Position numbers and translations under genes: made by a program. Positions 1 through 14,099 of a stretch of 64,000 nt of DNA are shown here, in pieces. How positions within the stretch are numbered: the stretch's first letter is position 1; each line of letters opens with the position of its first letter. This DNA is from the human T2T-CHM13v2.0 reference genome, Homo sapiens. The notes under the pieces were generated by a model, which saw nothing but the letters and a program-made list of their open reading frames with translations, made no database searches and was not told the DNA's origin. The stretch lies in the NCBI GenBank assembly GCA_009914755.4, contig CP068257.2, positions 14,080,001 through 14,144,000 on the forward strand. The letters are read 5' to 3'.

Positions 1-2140
1 CTTCTCTGTGGACCCAACAGGCTTTGTACTGGCCATTGTACATGCTCTAAGTCCACTGACTTCCTCTAAAAATCATTTTCTATCCCCTTAAAAATATCGA
101 TACTTCCTGGACTCCCTTTTCCCTAAGAGCAAGGGTATATAACTCTCTGGACCTCATATGGTTGGGAAGTAATCGCTGTGATTTTCCTCTGTGTGTAGTG
201 ATACAAATTCGTATGCCTTTTTAAAATTAATTTGATTTTTGTCAGTTGATTTTCAGCCAACCTTCAAAAGATGAAGGGGAAGGTTTCCCTTTACCCCTAC
301 AGTGGTTAAAACAAGGAATATCTATCCAAAGAATTTGTTATATAGGCAATGCAGAGCTGAAAAGCCGAACAAGGGGAGTGAGTTAAGCCAGAGTTTAGCA
401 ACATCAAAAAGGCATTACTACCCTTAATTTGGAGAGAGAAGTGAGGATGCACAGCTTCTAAATCTCAGGGACCTACCTCACCTCACTGGGGAGACCTAGA
501 ATCAGGCAAGGGCAGTCTGGTGAGATGGGAAACCATCCAAGAGATACATACAGCCCAAAGAGATGCCATCAGAGGAGAGGGAGGAGAAAGAGAAATAGCC
601 TGGCTATACCCTTTCTCTTGCCCTCCAGTACCTTTCCTTTGCCTGTTAGCCAAATCTGTTTCAAACCCATCTGACTTACGAGCGTGAAACATGCAGGGAT
701 AGTCCTCTCTGTGATTTACAGCAGAACAACAGACGCTCAAGGAATCAATCTCGTAGCAAATAGGAACTAAGGCTTAAGTAACTTGCCCACGATCACAGAG
801 CTAGAAGTCCCTGGGTTGTTCTTCAGGGATCATGTGCGCTGAACATGGGAGATAGGTCTTGGAAAGTGACATTAGTCACATTCTGACATGTGGTTTTCTC
901 TGCCCATATATATCATAGGATAATTTCAGGGAAATGTGTGCCCACCAATATGGTGGGAGAGACTTTGTCTTTTGAGTATAGGTGAATGGACTAAAAAGTG
1001 ATGAGAAAAGGTCTGAGGCCTCCAAGCCATTTTCAGTGTGCAAGTATAACTTCGGGCCTGTTCAAGGTAAGTGAAAGCAAGTGATGCAGGCAAGAAATAA
1101 CACACTTTTGCACTGGCTCTCCGTTGATAAATTCTAGCTGTTTCTCCATAGTCCTTACTTTCTAGGTGGACCTTGCAAAGCACATTAGACTAGATTGCTT
1201 TTCAATGCACAAAACTTGTTTCCCCCAAAATGATTCTAATTGGAAGTGCCAATACTGGCAGAAAATGTGTGCAGGTACTAGCCTTTAAAGTGCTAATGCA
1301 TCTCTTACCAATCTACGAAGTTACAGGATGGGGCATGAAAAAATATATTTGACGGCACAAAAGTATGAAGCATAGGATTAAGTAAAGCAGATTGAATATG
1401 ACTGTTACGGGCTGAATTTTGTCTCTCTAAAATTCATAACCTCTCTAAAAAGTCCTAACCCCTAGCACTTCAGAATGTAACTGTATTTGAAAACAAAGTC
1501 TTTAAAGGGGTTATTAAGTTAAAATGATGCCATCTGGGTGCGGCTGAAATCAAGTATGATTTATGTCCTCAGCAGAAGATGAAGAGATACTGTGGGCACA
1601 CACGGACCATGGAAAGAGGCAGTGAGAGGGTGGCCATCTGCAAGGCAAACAGAGAGGGTGCAGGAGAAATCAACCCTGCTGGCACCTTAATCTTGAATTC
1701 CCAGTGTCCAGAGCTGTGAAAAAATACATTTCTGTATTTTTAAGACACCCAATCTGTGGCATTTTGTTATGGCAGAACAGACAACTAATACAATACCAAA
1801 GAAGCAACATCTAGAATCCCTCAAAATGTGAGGCACTATTGAGGGCTGGAGAAACTAATAATGACACATTTTGTCATATAGAATAATATGGCTGGGCTGC
1901 CAGGACCACAAAGCTATCCACTTGGAATGAGAAGTTAGAGTTAGATGTGCACCACAAAAGCACAAATACATTTGTTTTCTCCCCTTCATGGCTGCCCACT
2001 TAATTCAATAAGCATTTTATTGTGCATGTATTAGGCAGGCAGTACTCTTGCAGGTTGTAATCTATGAACACCTGATTGCTAAATAGTACCATTATGACAT
2101 CATAGAAGACTCCTCTTTAAATGATTGCTTATTGTTTTCT

Positions 2141-2433
2141 TTTTGCTCTTTTACATGGAGTCTTGCTCTGTCACCCTGGCTGGAGTGCAATGGCACATCT
2201 CGGCTCACTGCAACATCCGACTCCTAGGTTCAAGCAATTCTCCCTGCCTCAGGCTCCGAGTAGCTGGGATTACAGGTGCCTGCCACCACATCCGGCTAAT
2301 TTTTGTATTTTTTAGTGGAGACAGTGTTTTGCCATGTTGGCCAGGCTGGGCTTGAACCCCTGACCTGAGGTGATCCGCCCACCTTGGCCTCCCAAAGTGC
2401 TGGGATTACAGAGGGGAGCCACCGTGCCCAGCC
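2141..2433 (-). mobile_element. Alu SINE, full length, antisense; flanked by 15-bp target-site duplication tgcttattgttttct (2126-2140 and 2434-2448).
   Basis: Reverse-complement Alu consensus (ggctggagtgcaatggc...cctcccaaagtgctgggattacag) with poly-T head; perfect TSD read directly. Confidence 0.9.
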
Positions 2434-2584
2434 TGCTTATTGTTTTCTTATTGGTGGAAATAAAATTATCCCAGAATGCCAACACTCCTAAAGGAGGAAA
2501 ATAATTCAGATCCTCATTGCAGTAGATTTAAAACCACTCTTTTGTAATGGAAATTGTCTAAATCTGCTCCATGGATTCAACAAT

Positions 2585-2680
2585 TCTTTGCTGACATGCC
2601 TGTAATCCAGGTAGCTACTTCAGAGGCTGAGGCAGGAGGATCCCTTGAGACCAGGAGCTCAACACCAGCTAGGGGGGAAA
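2585..2680 (+). mobile_element. Partial Alu (right-monomer-like fragment), sense.
   Basis: cctgtaatccaggtagctacttcagaggctgaggcaggaggatcccttgagaccaggag matches the Alu right arm. Confidence 0.5.
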
Positions 2681-2839
2681 CAAAGAAAAGTCCTACAAAT
2701 GTGTTTTGGCAATATGGTAAACTTTTGGTATCCGGAAATGGATTTTTAACCCCTTTCTAAAGATACCTAAGGCGGAAGAATACCAATTTTCTTAGTTGAC
2801 ATATAAAATACAATACTGAGTATTGCTAGAAATAACGTT

Positions 2840-3300
2840 TTGACCCAAAACAGAAAAATAGTCTTGCAGTTTGTCTTTGTCTATTTTATGCTGCTACAAC
2901 ATAATACCTATGAATGGGTAATTGATAATGATCAGAAATTTGTTGGCTCACAGTTCTGGAGGCAGGGAAGGTCAAGATGGATGGGCCGTCATTTGGTGAA
3001 GGCCTTCCTCCTGTATCATTGCATGGTGGAAGAGCTAAGAGAAGGGGAGAAAGAGAGAGAGGGAAGGAAAGGAAAAGGGAAAGAGGCAAGAAGGAGCCAA
3101 ACTCGTCCTTTTATAAGGAAACTGTCCTTTTGATAGGGACTGCACATTTGTGATAGCACCATTAATTAATTCATGAGGTCAGAGCTCTCATAACTGAATC
3201 ACCTCTTATTAGGGCCCACCTCCACACTGTTGCATTGGGGATTAAGTTTCCATCACACCGTTTTTGGGGGGATACATTCAAACCACAGCATTGTTACACA
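2840..3300 (+). repeat. Fragment of a common ancient mammalian interspersed repeat (motifs ...ttttataaggaaactgtcc...attcatgaggtcagagctctcataa...cctccacactgttgcattggggattaagtttc...); family name not asserted.
   Basis: Strong resemblance to a very frequently seen dispersed-repeat consensus; I cannot recall its name reliably. Confidence 0.4.
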
Positions 3301-5772
3301 CAAAATATTTCATATTATATGAAATATGTCACTTAACATTTTTACCTGAATGTCAACAACATAGAGTAATGCAGCAGTTTAGAAGTTATTAAATAATATC
3401 TTGAGGATATATAATTCCGACACACATGCATATTAAAGCTGACTCATACAACACAATTGTCACGGCGCAAATTTAAAAAATGAGTTAGGAAATCCCAGCG
3501 ATGGGTTTTGTGTGCCAATTTATCTCAATTGCTCAAATTTCTCTAATTATTCATCCCAATTGTAAGCCTTCTAAAAAGGAATGCCTATGAGGAAACTTGA
3601 AATTTTCTTCTCAATGTTCTTCAGTACAACAGTTAAAAATATTTAAAGAAATGCTGAGTAAGTAGGAAACCCTCAGAAGTAAGCTGAAAATGAACAGTCT
3701 CAGTGGGCAAATAGGTCTACCATATAAAAGCTCTATTTGATGATTATCTATTGTAAGATCATCTTTTTTTTTCTGTATGGAAGTAACAAATTTAACTCAG
3801 AGAAAAGTTGTATTGCCAAATTCTTGAAATTAAACCTTAGTATCTGGCAACATTTTTCCTCCCATGGTACTAGATTACTAGATTTTTATGTTAAATTTAA
3901 TTTTCTTGAATTCAAATGTATGAGCTTGATTTCTAAAAAACAAACAAACAAACCAAAAAACCAAAACCCTCATATGGAGAAACATGAAGTTAGCATATAA
4001 ACAAGAAAAGAAGAAACTTTGATCTATAAATGAAGAAAAATGGGTTTTGATAAGCTCTCTTTGACAGGTCACCCTCCTTGGGCTTCAGAGTTATAAAAAA
4101 ATCGATACGTGAGATTAGAGATGTGACAGTATTTCTAAATTTCTGTTTCCAACCGTTTCATGACTTTTCATTTCCTCTAGAAAAGACATAGGATATTAAT
4201 ATAATAAGATTTGCAATTTGTTAAATATCAAATGAGTCAACAAATATGAAGCTTCAAGGAAAAGGTGACAACAGGTGGTACAAGACATCTGAGCTGCAGA
4301 ACAAAGATGGTTGTAAAGTGCACAGAACTGTTACAAAGCCTTAAGAGCTACTATAATCCATGATTATTAAATAACACCACATACTATTTCAATTAGCATT
4401 TGCCAAGCTTGCTTTCCTTGTCATTGGATTAAAAATTATACCCGGATTTTCAAGTGTATTCTATTTGTGACAATATGCATTGATAATTTCTCTCCTCACA
4501 CTGCTGCACTCTCACCTCCGTTCCCAGATTAGCTCCTGGAACTCGAGATATTTTTGTGGCTAGAGATTGCTTTCTTAATGTTAGATTTTCCTTACAATTC
4601 CATATATAGTCAAGCATTCCATGCATGGTAGTTAATTGTTTGCTTAATTTGGCAACTGGGATATTAGAATTATGTATCATTAGGCAGTGATATTTTTGTA
4701 AGGTTGTTTGCTAGATAGATCCTATTTCATTTATATTAAGTCTTGGGAAGATAAACTTTATTTTTCCAGAGCCTAGCAGTGACTGACACATATTCGAATG
4801 AATGAAGGTAGATAGAAAATGTCTATATTCATTTACGTAATGATTAGTTAAGGAGAAAAGTACTTCCCAGCATAAAGATTTCTGGCAACCCTTTGCTTAT
4901 TTGACTTTTCCCTTCAGGCAAGTTCAAGGCTTGTGAAATTCCTAGAAAGGCGAGGGGAGAGAACGCGTGACACAGAAAGGGGCCGGAGTTCGGGACCCTA
5001 CGCAGTTTTGGGACGTTATGGGCATGGAGGGAAATGTTTGCTTTGGAGGCTTTGGGTAAGCTAGGGATCCGACAAGCCCTGGGCGCAGGGAGGAACGCTG
5101 CCCTCCGGCCTCCAGTCGCGCTCCCCGAAGCCCAGCGCCAGCGTCGCGCAACCTGCCGCAGGGGCGGCTCCCGGGCCAGGCAGCCAGGCGCGCCCTCGCC
5201 CCACCCGGGAACGCCAGGCCCGCGCAGGGAGGGGCGGGGCTCCATGGCGGCCCCGCCCCGCCGCCCGGAGGGTCACAATGTAGGGTTAGGGCGGCCGGCG
5301 GGCGGGGCTCTGCGGGGGAGGAGCCGCCGGGCGGGGGCGGGGATGGCGCGTGGGGGAGGGGAGGGAGGAGGACTCGCGGAGGGAGGAGGACAACGCCATT
5401 CCGGGCGGCCGCTCCCTCCGTCCCCTCTCTCCCTTCCCCAAAGCAGCCCGCGGACCGGCAGCAAAGGAACGTGCGAACGCGTGACGCCGCCCGACTGGCT
5501 CGCGCTCTCCCGTGCCCCGGCGTCCTCCGCCCGCTCATGGCCCGGGCCGCCGCGGACGAGCGGCGCTGAGGCGGGCCGCGTGGAGACGTGAGGCGGCCGC
5601 CGTGGCCCTCACAGTCGGCGTTTCGCCGCCTGCCCGCGGTGCCCGCGCACGCCGGCCGCCATCGCCTTCGCGCCTGGCTGGCGGGGGCGCTGTCCTCCCA
5701 GGCCGTCCGCGCCGCTCCCTGGAGCTCGGCGGAGCGCGGCAGCCAGGGCCGGCGGAGGCGCGAGGAGCCGGG

Positions 5773-5777
<5 letters not shown>

Positions 5778-5801
<24 letters not shown>
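5778..5801 (+). repeat. USP25: (CCG)8 trinucleotide repeat ending 8 nt upstream of the USP25 ATG; in the coding frame it reads as GCC (Ala) codons.
   Basis: Read directly: acc gcc gcc gcc gcc gcc gcc gcc gcc gcg ggg gcc ATG. Confidence 0.9.
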
Positions 5802-5804
<3 letters not shown>

Positions 5805-5809
5805 GGGCC

Positions 5810-5854
5810 ATGACCGTGGAGCAGAACGTGCTGCAGCAGAGCGCGGCGCAGAAG
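5810..5854 (+). CDS. USP25: USP25 coding exon 1 (ATG plus 14 codons: MTVEQNVLQQSAAQK), followed by GTGAGG donor at 5855.
   Basis: ATG in reasonable Kozak context (gggGCCATGa); translation matches my memory of the USP25 N-terminus; canonical donor; phase 0 at exon end joins in frame to exon 2. Confidence 0.85.
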
Positions 5855-6392
5855 GTGAGGCGAGTCCGCCAGCCGGCGGGCCCCACTTCTCCTTCCGACG
5901 GGCTGTCCTCTCCCGCTGCGGCCGGGCGCCCCGGCCTCGCCGCCGCCGCCTTCCCGGGCTTCCTCCCCGGTCACCCCCGGCCCCTGCCCATCGCCTCGGG
6001 GGCGTCGCGCCCAGAGCCCAGCTGCGTGTGGGAAGCAGAGTGTAGTTTGCGGGCTTCAATCCACTTCCTTCTGCCGATTGTTTTCCCGTAGCAGACGGTG
6101 CCAGGTATTGAGAGCGACCCTCACATTCCTACAGTGCTCTGTGTGGCATCTTAATGAAACTTTATTCTCTCCCCTTAAATGAGAAAGAATAGCTAGTTGT
6201 CATCCTTTCTGAACCGATTTTGTCTTTCAAAGGTAGTAGTGTACCAGGCCTGCTATTTTGCAAAACGGTCTCCACCAAAATCGAATTACCTGCCTCGCGG
6301 GGCAGGCGTGTTGACCAGGTGGACTCTAGAAGTAGGTGGTTTGCTTGGTTTCTTTTCCTTTTAAGGTTTCCCTTTCTTCTTCTTCTTTTCTG

Positions 6393-6416
6393 TTTTTTTT
6401 TTTTTTTTTTTTTTTT
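6393..6416 (+). repeat. Poly-T tract (~24 T) in intron 1 just downstream of exon 1.
   Basis: Homopolymer read directly. Confidence 0.9.
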
Positions 6417-8546
6417 CAATATAGAAACTGTCCCTAAGAGAGGAAACCTTTCTGGCCATGTTATTCCAGGAATCTTTTGTCCCCTAAGTTTGACCTTGTT
6501 CTTTCGTTCACCCTTTACTCTTGCATCAGTCACACATTCAAATGGTCACTCACTAAAGAAAACAATTAAAAAACTGTTTGTGAAACTTTATATCTTTAAA
6601 GTGAATAGAGATCATTCTGCTATTTTAGATTTTGCTTTCAGAATCTTAAGTGCACTATCATGGCTTGCACCATGTTCTGAAGAGTAGTTGGCCATGATTT
6701 AACTTCTTTTTTTAATTTTTAATTTGCGTGAAAAGCATTTTGGGCAAAAGAGTAAACCGTGCCTTAGTTGTGTTGGTATTACGGGGACAGTTAGGGTTTA
6801 CTGTGATCAACCACCAGAGTTATGTTTGGTTTATCTGGGTGAGTAATGAATGCCCCACCCTGTTGTAGATTTGGTGTAGATTGCAATATTCTACCTGTGC
6901 TTGACTTTAGAATAAGACCTGTTCTAAAATGGGCTGTCTACATACAGCCTGCTAAATTTTTGCTTTGAGATTATTTTTAGAATTTTATGATACTGCTTTA
7001 AAGTAATCGAAGATACTCAAGTTTGGAAAGCAAGGATAGTGCATTGTTATTTTAGGCACGTTGGGAAAGTTGTTTTTGAGACTTGTATGTTAGTTGATAT
7101 TATTGGTAAAGTTAGAAGGATATTGCACACTGCACTTTATTTACAGTGAAATAATTCAAGATTTAATAATGAGAATTTAAAAGAGTTTCCTTCCTAATCC
7201 TCCCTATTCTATTTTGAATACCTTCAAGTTCAATTTTTAAAGACTTAAGGCTTAGGAAAGAGCACATGGTCATGTGAACGCTAAGCAATATTTAATATGT
7301 ATGGTACCATTTGTTTATAATTGTCTTCAGTGTTGAATATTAAAGTCTGTTTCAAAGTGAGAAATACCAATTTTTCACTTCCTAAGTTTGAACAATGGGA
7401 AGAACTTTGTAAGTTTAGGATTTTTTTATTTTCATTTGATTTTGACTAAACTGTATTAAATAACTATGCAGGCTCTATTGTATGGTTCAGAGGTTATGCA
7501 TAAAATTGTAGAATCAAGAATCAAGTTAACGAAAGTGATCTTGGCTGTCGAGTCCAATTTCCTACTTTAATGAATCCCCTCCACACACAAAGGGAGTAGT
7601 AGTTAATTCAAAATATTATCATTATGATGCTACTTTTAGTATGGCTGTGTTTTAGATCATTTCATTGTTATTGGGGATTTTTTTTAGAGAAACTTTTATA
7701 CTTCCATAATATTTAGATTGTTTTACAGAAGAAACACTTAAATGTGTTTGCTTTCCGTATTAATACACGATTACTTTGTTACTCATATTAGAACTATTTA
7801 AAAATATTTATATGGATACAAGTAAACCATCTACCTCGATAAGTTGACAGATTTAAATCCGTCAAGCTAGTAACCAGGAAGCGGACTTAAAGCTGGTAAC
7901 TAGGAAGTGAACTTCACACTTAGAAGAAACAAAAGTGAAAGTCTGTTTTTACTCAGACACTTTATGGGTTATCTAAAAGGAGAGGTGTGTAGTGTATATT
8001 GCATAGCCAACATTTTAGCCAGTTTTCTTCTCACCTTAAAAAACTGTGTGTACATATGTGTTTTTAAATTTTAAGTATTTACTATTTAAAATTTAAGTAT
8101 TTACTATTTAGCTATATTATTTTCAAGATTTTTAAAACTTTTATTTTGCAGATGGATGTAAGTTTTTTTGTTGTTTGCAGCACCACACTACACAAAACTT
8201 TCATGATTTTTTGGTTCGCCTATAGAATTCATTAGTCTTTGTCACAATGTAGTATGATGAGGCAAGAGGCTGCCTTTCCCTTTTGATGTGTTCTTTGCTT
8301 GATTGCTGGAGTTTGGCCAACCCAGGGACTTATGAGATGTAGTAAAACTGCAGAAAGCTGCTTTTCTGAGGTTTAGGTATTTCAGGTGAGGTGCAGTTGG
8401 CAGCAGATGAGTTAAATTCTGTGATAATTTTGGTTTTGGACATATATCTTCAGCCTTTGTGCTTCATGTTTACCAAAGTGTAGGAGCCTTAGATCTCAGA
8501 AATTTGATACATAGATTCAAGTTCCAAATGAGGATACTCCACGGCG

Positions 8547-8565
8547 CCCCCCCCCCCCCCCCCCC
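8547..8565 (+). repeat. Poly-C homopolymer, 19 C (acggcg-C19-aatc).
   Basis: Read directly; uninterrupted. Confidence 0.9.
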
Positions 8566-8867
8566 AATCTATCTAACCCGATGAACCAAGCTAGGATTCT
8601 TTAGGGCAGTTATTATTGGGAGGAGTTTTGCTCCCAGGGACCAAATTAATTTACAGAGTGAAATGAACAGGATACTATTTAATTAAATGTATCCTTCTGA
8701 GTTGAATAAAATATATTGTTTCACTCTAGGGCTTAGAACAGTTCTTTACACATAGTAGGACTCAGCAAATATGTGATGAATGAAATAAGTGACTGGTTTC
8801 CAAAAGGAGTGTAGTACTTTGTTTCCTAACTGAATCTTGGAATTTAAAAATTATTGAGAAACAATGA

Positions 8868-9363
<496 letters not shown>

Positions 9364-11343
9364 TCAACCACCTTTTTGTCACCTTGGGCAAGTCATTAAG
9401 TGCTTCTGAAGGTTCTTTCAAAGCAGTAATATTAGTATGTTAACAGTAGTATGTTAAGGCTTTAAACTTTAGCAACTTCTTTAGATTAGATTGTTTAATG
9501 GTCCTAAGCAAGTGTTCTGTATAGGGAGAATAAAAAAGAAACAGTATAGAATGGAAGCAGAGGAATCTAACAGATCTACAGTCAACTTTCACTGAATTCC
9601 TCCAAAGATGAGGGTTAGGTGGGAAGGTTGTCATAGATTAGCCAAGTTCAAGAGTTAAAACTTGAAAAACAATGCAGACTGGATTCAGGGTAAATTTCTT
9701 ACTTAAAATAACATGTATTTTCCAATTTAGGATTATCTAAGGTTATAAAACTATACCATGCAGCATTTGATAGTTAACATTACTTAAATCACTTTAAATG
9801 TTACTTAAAGGAGGCATTCTTTATTAGGAATCAGTTGATTATCTTATTATTAGTATAAGACTTGATTTGGGCAGAGAGGTTTCCAGCTGTTTATTCCTTT
9901 TCTTATTCTTTCCTTTTCACACCTACTTTTGACTTGTAGACTCACATTGTATCCAGTCTTTTAAATGAATTCACATCATTTCTAATAAATATTCTGTTGA
10001 TTTTCTTCAATATTATATGTATACAGTCCATATCCTTTACAAATACTTAATATTCTGACCTCTTTCTTGTCATTATTTTTACCACTTATTACTTTAAGAT
10101 GACAGAATGCTACTACAATTTATGTTAGTTTCTATTATATATTGTTTCCTTATAATATGGAAATTTTCTTACATTCCTAAGTTTTATAAATGTTTCAAAA
10201 CTAGATTTAGATGTTGACTGTCATGTCTTTTTCTTTGCAGTGAATGATATTTTATGTCAGTAACATAAGAACCATTTGTACATACGATATATGAATATTT
10301 ACTATATAATCCGTGTAAGGCGCTGTGCTGAGCCTTCTTACAAACTTTTTTCATTTAATCTTTCCAACCACCTTATGAAGTGAGTGCTATTTTTCTCCTT
10401 TCTTATTGAAGCTGAAGAAACAGTATTGGAGAACTAAAGCAACATTTCATCTCTAGTATGTATTAAGGGTTGGATAAACTCAAAAGTCATGTGATACACA
10501 AGCCCCTGCTCTTAACCACAATGTTGTATCGTTTTGGCTGTCCTTGAATTCCTGATAAAACCCCATTTGGTCATGTTGCTTTACTATTTTAAATATGTTT
10601 CTATATTTAATATAATAAATTTAAACCTAGAATTTGGTATACAATTGGCCTTCTGTATCCACAGGTTCTGAATCCATAGATTCAACCAGCTGTGGATTGA
10701 AAATATTCTGGAAAAAAAAAGCATTGTTGCATCTGTACTGAACATGTACAGTCTCATTTTGGTCATTATTCCCTAACAATACAGTATAACAACTATTTAT
10801 GTAGCATTTACATTGTGTTAGGTATTATAAGTAATCTAGAAATGATTTAAAGTATGCTGGAGGATGTGTGGATGTGTAAGTTACATGCAAGTATTATACC
10901 ATTTTATATAAGGGACTTTGACATTCGCAGATTTTGGCCTCTGGGGGTCCTGGAACCAGTTCTCCTTGGATTCTTTAATGAGATTGCTTACAAGGTTTGG
11001 TGTGCCCATGAGGGCTATTAAGATAAGGTTAGCTCATAAAATGATTAGAAGGCTTTCTGTGTTTTCCTGTGCTTTTGGAATTGTTTAGTGTAGGATTATG
11101 TTGAGTCATTCAAAATTGGTGGTGTATGATCTTTTTTGATTTGAAAAATTAGATAGCGTTCAACTGAGGTACTTGTTACTTTGAAGATTTGGTGAACATG
11201 ACTGTATCAGGGCTGAGCTGCTCATTTAGAGCAAATTTTAGGTAAAGTTTCCAAATTTTGCTTATTGTCTTTTAAATTTTCTATCTTTTCTAGGGTCAAA
11301 TTTTAAATTTTTTTAGTTCTAGAAAATTCTAAATTTCATTTAG

Positions 11344-11786
<443 letters not shown>

Positions 11787-14099
11787 AGTTTCTCTTTGTA
11801 TTTCTAATGGATTCAATCCAAACTTGTGTTTTTGTCTTTTAGAATTTAACCATGCACATGTGGTGATAACTGATAAATTTAATCTTTTTATTGTCATCTG
11901 ATTATCCATTTATTAGTCTTGTTTTCTCCATTCAGTTTTGATGGATAGACCAAATTTTCATTGTATCACCACCCCCACCCTTGTCTTTAACGTTTTCTTT
12001 TCAATTTTGGCTCTTTTAATTTTAAACAAATATATTTTTATAATATAAAATTTTGATAATATAAAACATTAATAGCTTTTTTCGGTAACATAAAAAATTA
12101 ACTTTTTTCTCCACCCATTTGCCCCAAATTAGGTAAGACATTTTAGCATGTTTTTTCTTATGGTATTCCTAGTTTTGTTGGGATAATATAGAATTGTAAT
12201 TCTAGGTGATGAATTTTCTTAGTGTTGCAGATGCATTATTAGTAGCTAGTTTTTTTTAATTAACTATTTAATTTTAACTGTGTTTTTTGGTCTGTTGTAT
12301 AATGCTTTTTGATGGTTTGATGCCACTCTGCTTTTTTTTTTTTTCCAGATAAGTTAACTCTCTGTGTTACCTTGTAAGATTTTACTCTTTGTTTTTAAGA
12401 GTTCAGAAATTTCACTTGCGTGTGTTTATGTATGTATCTTTTTAATGGTCCTGCCTAGGATTTTTCGTCTGAAATCTGTGTTCTCAGGAATTTTTCTTCC
12501 ACTCTTTTCCTCATCTTCATTTAAAACTACATTATTTGGATTTTATACGTCACTTATCTTTCTTCCTGGCTTCAAATGTTTCTTCTCTCCCATTTTGTCC
12601 TGTATGCTGTGGTAACTTTTTAGTTTGATTATCTAGATTATTATTTTTGTAATGCCAGTTCTGTATTTACTACCCTTATATGTGGTCAGATAGTTTACAA
12701 AGAGTTTGTTTTTAATAATATATATTTTTAGTTTGGTTCTGAAGTACACATAATTGAATTAATTTTGCCAATTTTCTCATGATCAGCTCTTCCTGCAAAT
12801 ATATTTTCATTTATTTGTTAAATTGCTTATTTTAAATAATAAACACACACGAACCCCCTATTTAAAACAAAAGCTGGAACTTCGATAATAACCTATATCC
12901 CTTATCCTATCCCTTTACTTTCATTTGAGTGTATCATCTTGAATCCTCTGTTCATCTTCCTGTTGATTTATTGCATCTATATCAATGGCTGAAGGTATTT
13001 TTTTTAATGTTAGTTGTTTTAACTTAAAAATTTTAAGAACTTTTCCCTGCTACAATATCTAGAAGGTAGTCGTCTGTATTTTTAACCAAGAGTTTTAAAG
13101 TTATATTTGCAACATTTTATACTCTTTTTCATCTGTGCTTGAGTTTTGTATATGGTGCGAGGTAGGGATACAGTTTTATTTTCATCATATACAGATTGAA
13201 TCTCTCATATCCAAAATGCTTGGGACCAGAAGTGTTTTGGATTTTGGACTTTTTTTTTTTTCCCTTCAGATTTTGGAATATTTGTATTTTGCTTACCTGG
13301 GTTGGGTAAATATCCGAAATTTGAAAATCTGAAATCTGAAATAAGCCAGTGAGCATTTCCTTTCAACATCTTGTTGGTTCTCAGAAAATATGGAGTTTTC
13401 AAATTGTGGAGCATTTCTTATTTCTGGCTTGGAGTTTTGGGATGTGCAACCTGTAAATGATTTTAAAAAGTTCTTTTGTTATCCTTGCTTTATTGAAAAG
13501 TTAATGCTCTCTTCTACTGAATTGATAGGCCATCTTTGTCATATATGCAAAAGTTTAATGCAAAATTTTTTTCCCTTTCCTTGACTTTCATCATTCATTT
13601 TGTGAATATCATCCTGTGTTCATTGTTGTTGCTTTAAAATAATCTCTCATACTGGAAAAGAAAGTTCTTTGCCTTTGTTCCTTTTTTTCAGAAGTAACAC
13701 TTGACTTTTCCTTAGAAATTTTAGAATGATCATACCAAGCTCTCTCAAATCCTCTGTCTTTTTGATTAATTTGATTGAATCTGTAGATCCATTTGGGATT
13801 ATTAAGATCTTTATGATACAGGATGAGCAGGATATACTATTTTTATTAGGTCGTGTTTAATATCTCTTGTATGGTTTATAATTTAACACAAAACTATTGT
13901 ACATCTTTTGTTTCAGGTAGTTGATAATTTCTGATAACTGTTATATGGCAGTGCTTTTAAAAATTTGTTATTGGTGTATGCAAATGCAGTGGTCTTTTGT
14001 ATGTTAATTTTATACCTAGCCACCTTGCTAAATGTTTCTAATACCTTTTCCAGAGACAATTTTGTACTTTCTGTGTAAAAGATCATATCATTAAGGGAG

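Larger units (their letters stand above)
4930..6010 (+). promoter_or_regulatory. USP25: CpG island with the USP25 promoter, 5' leader and first exon; multiple GGGCGG/CCGCCC GC boxes (e.g. ~5231-5240, ~5330-5343), no obvious TATA. TSS position not determinable from sequence.
   Basis: Abrupt rise to very high G+C and CpG density between ~4930 and ~6010 in otherwise AT-rich DNA; contains the annotated ATG at 5810 and the GT donor at 5855; GC-box motifs read directly. Confidence 0.75.

Noticed and set aside
4844-6091. Stack of long overlapping ORFs on both strands (133-314 aa) across the CpG island.
   Set aside because: They are the expected by-product of stop-codon-poor GC-rich DNA. The only one with support is the frame containing ATG 5810 up to the GT donor at 5855, which continues in exon 2. 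The track also accepts non-ATG starts (its 5588 ORF begins on GTG), which is inappropriate for a eukaryotic nuclear gene.
6162-6533. 123-aa minus-strand ORF containing a poly-Lys/Arg run.
   Set aside because: The poly-K is simply the poly-T tract at 6393-6416 read on the opposite strand; no splice or start context.
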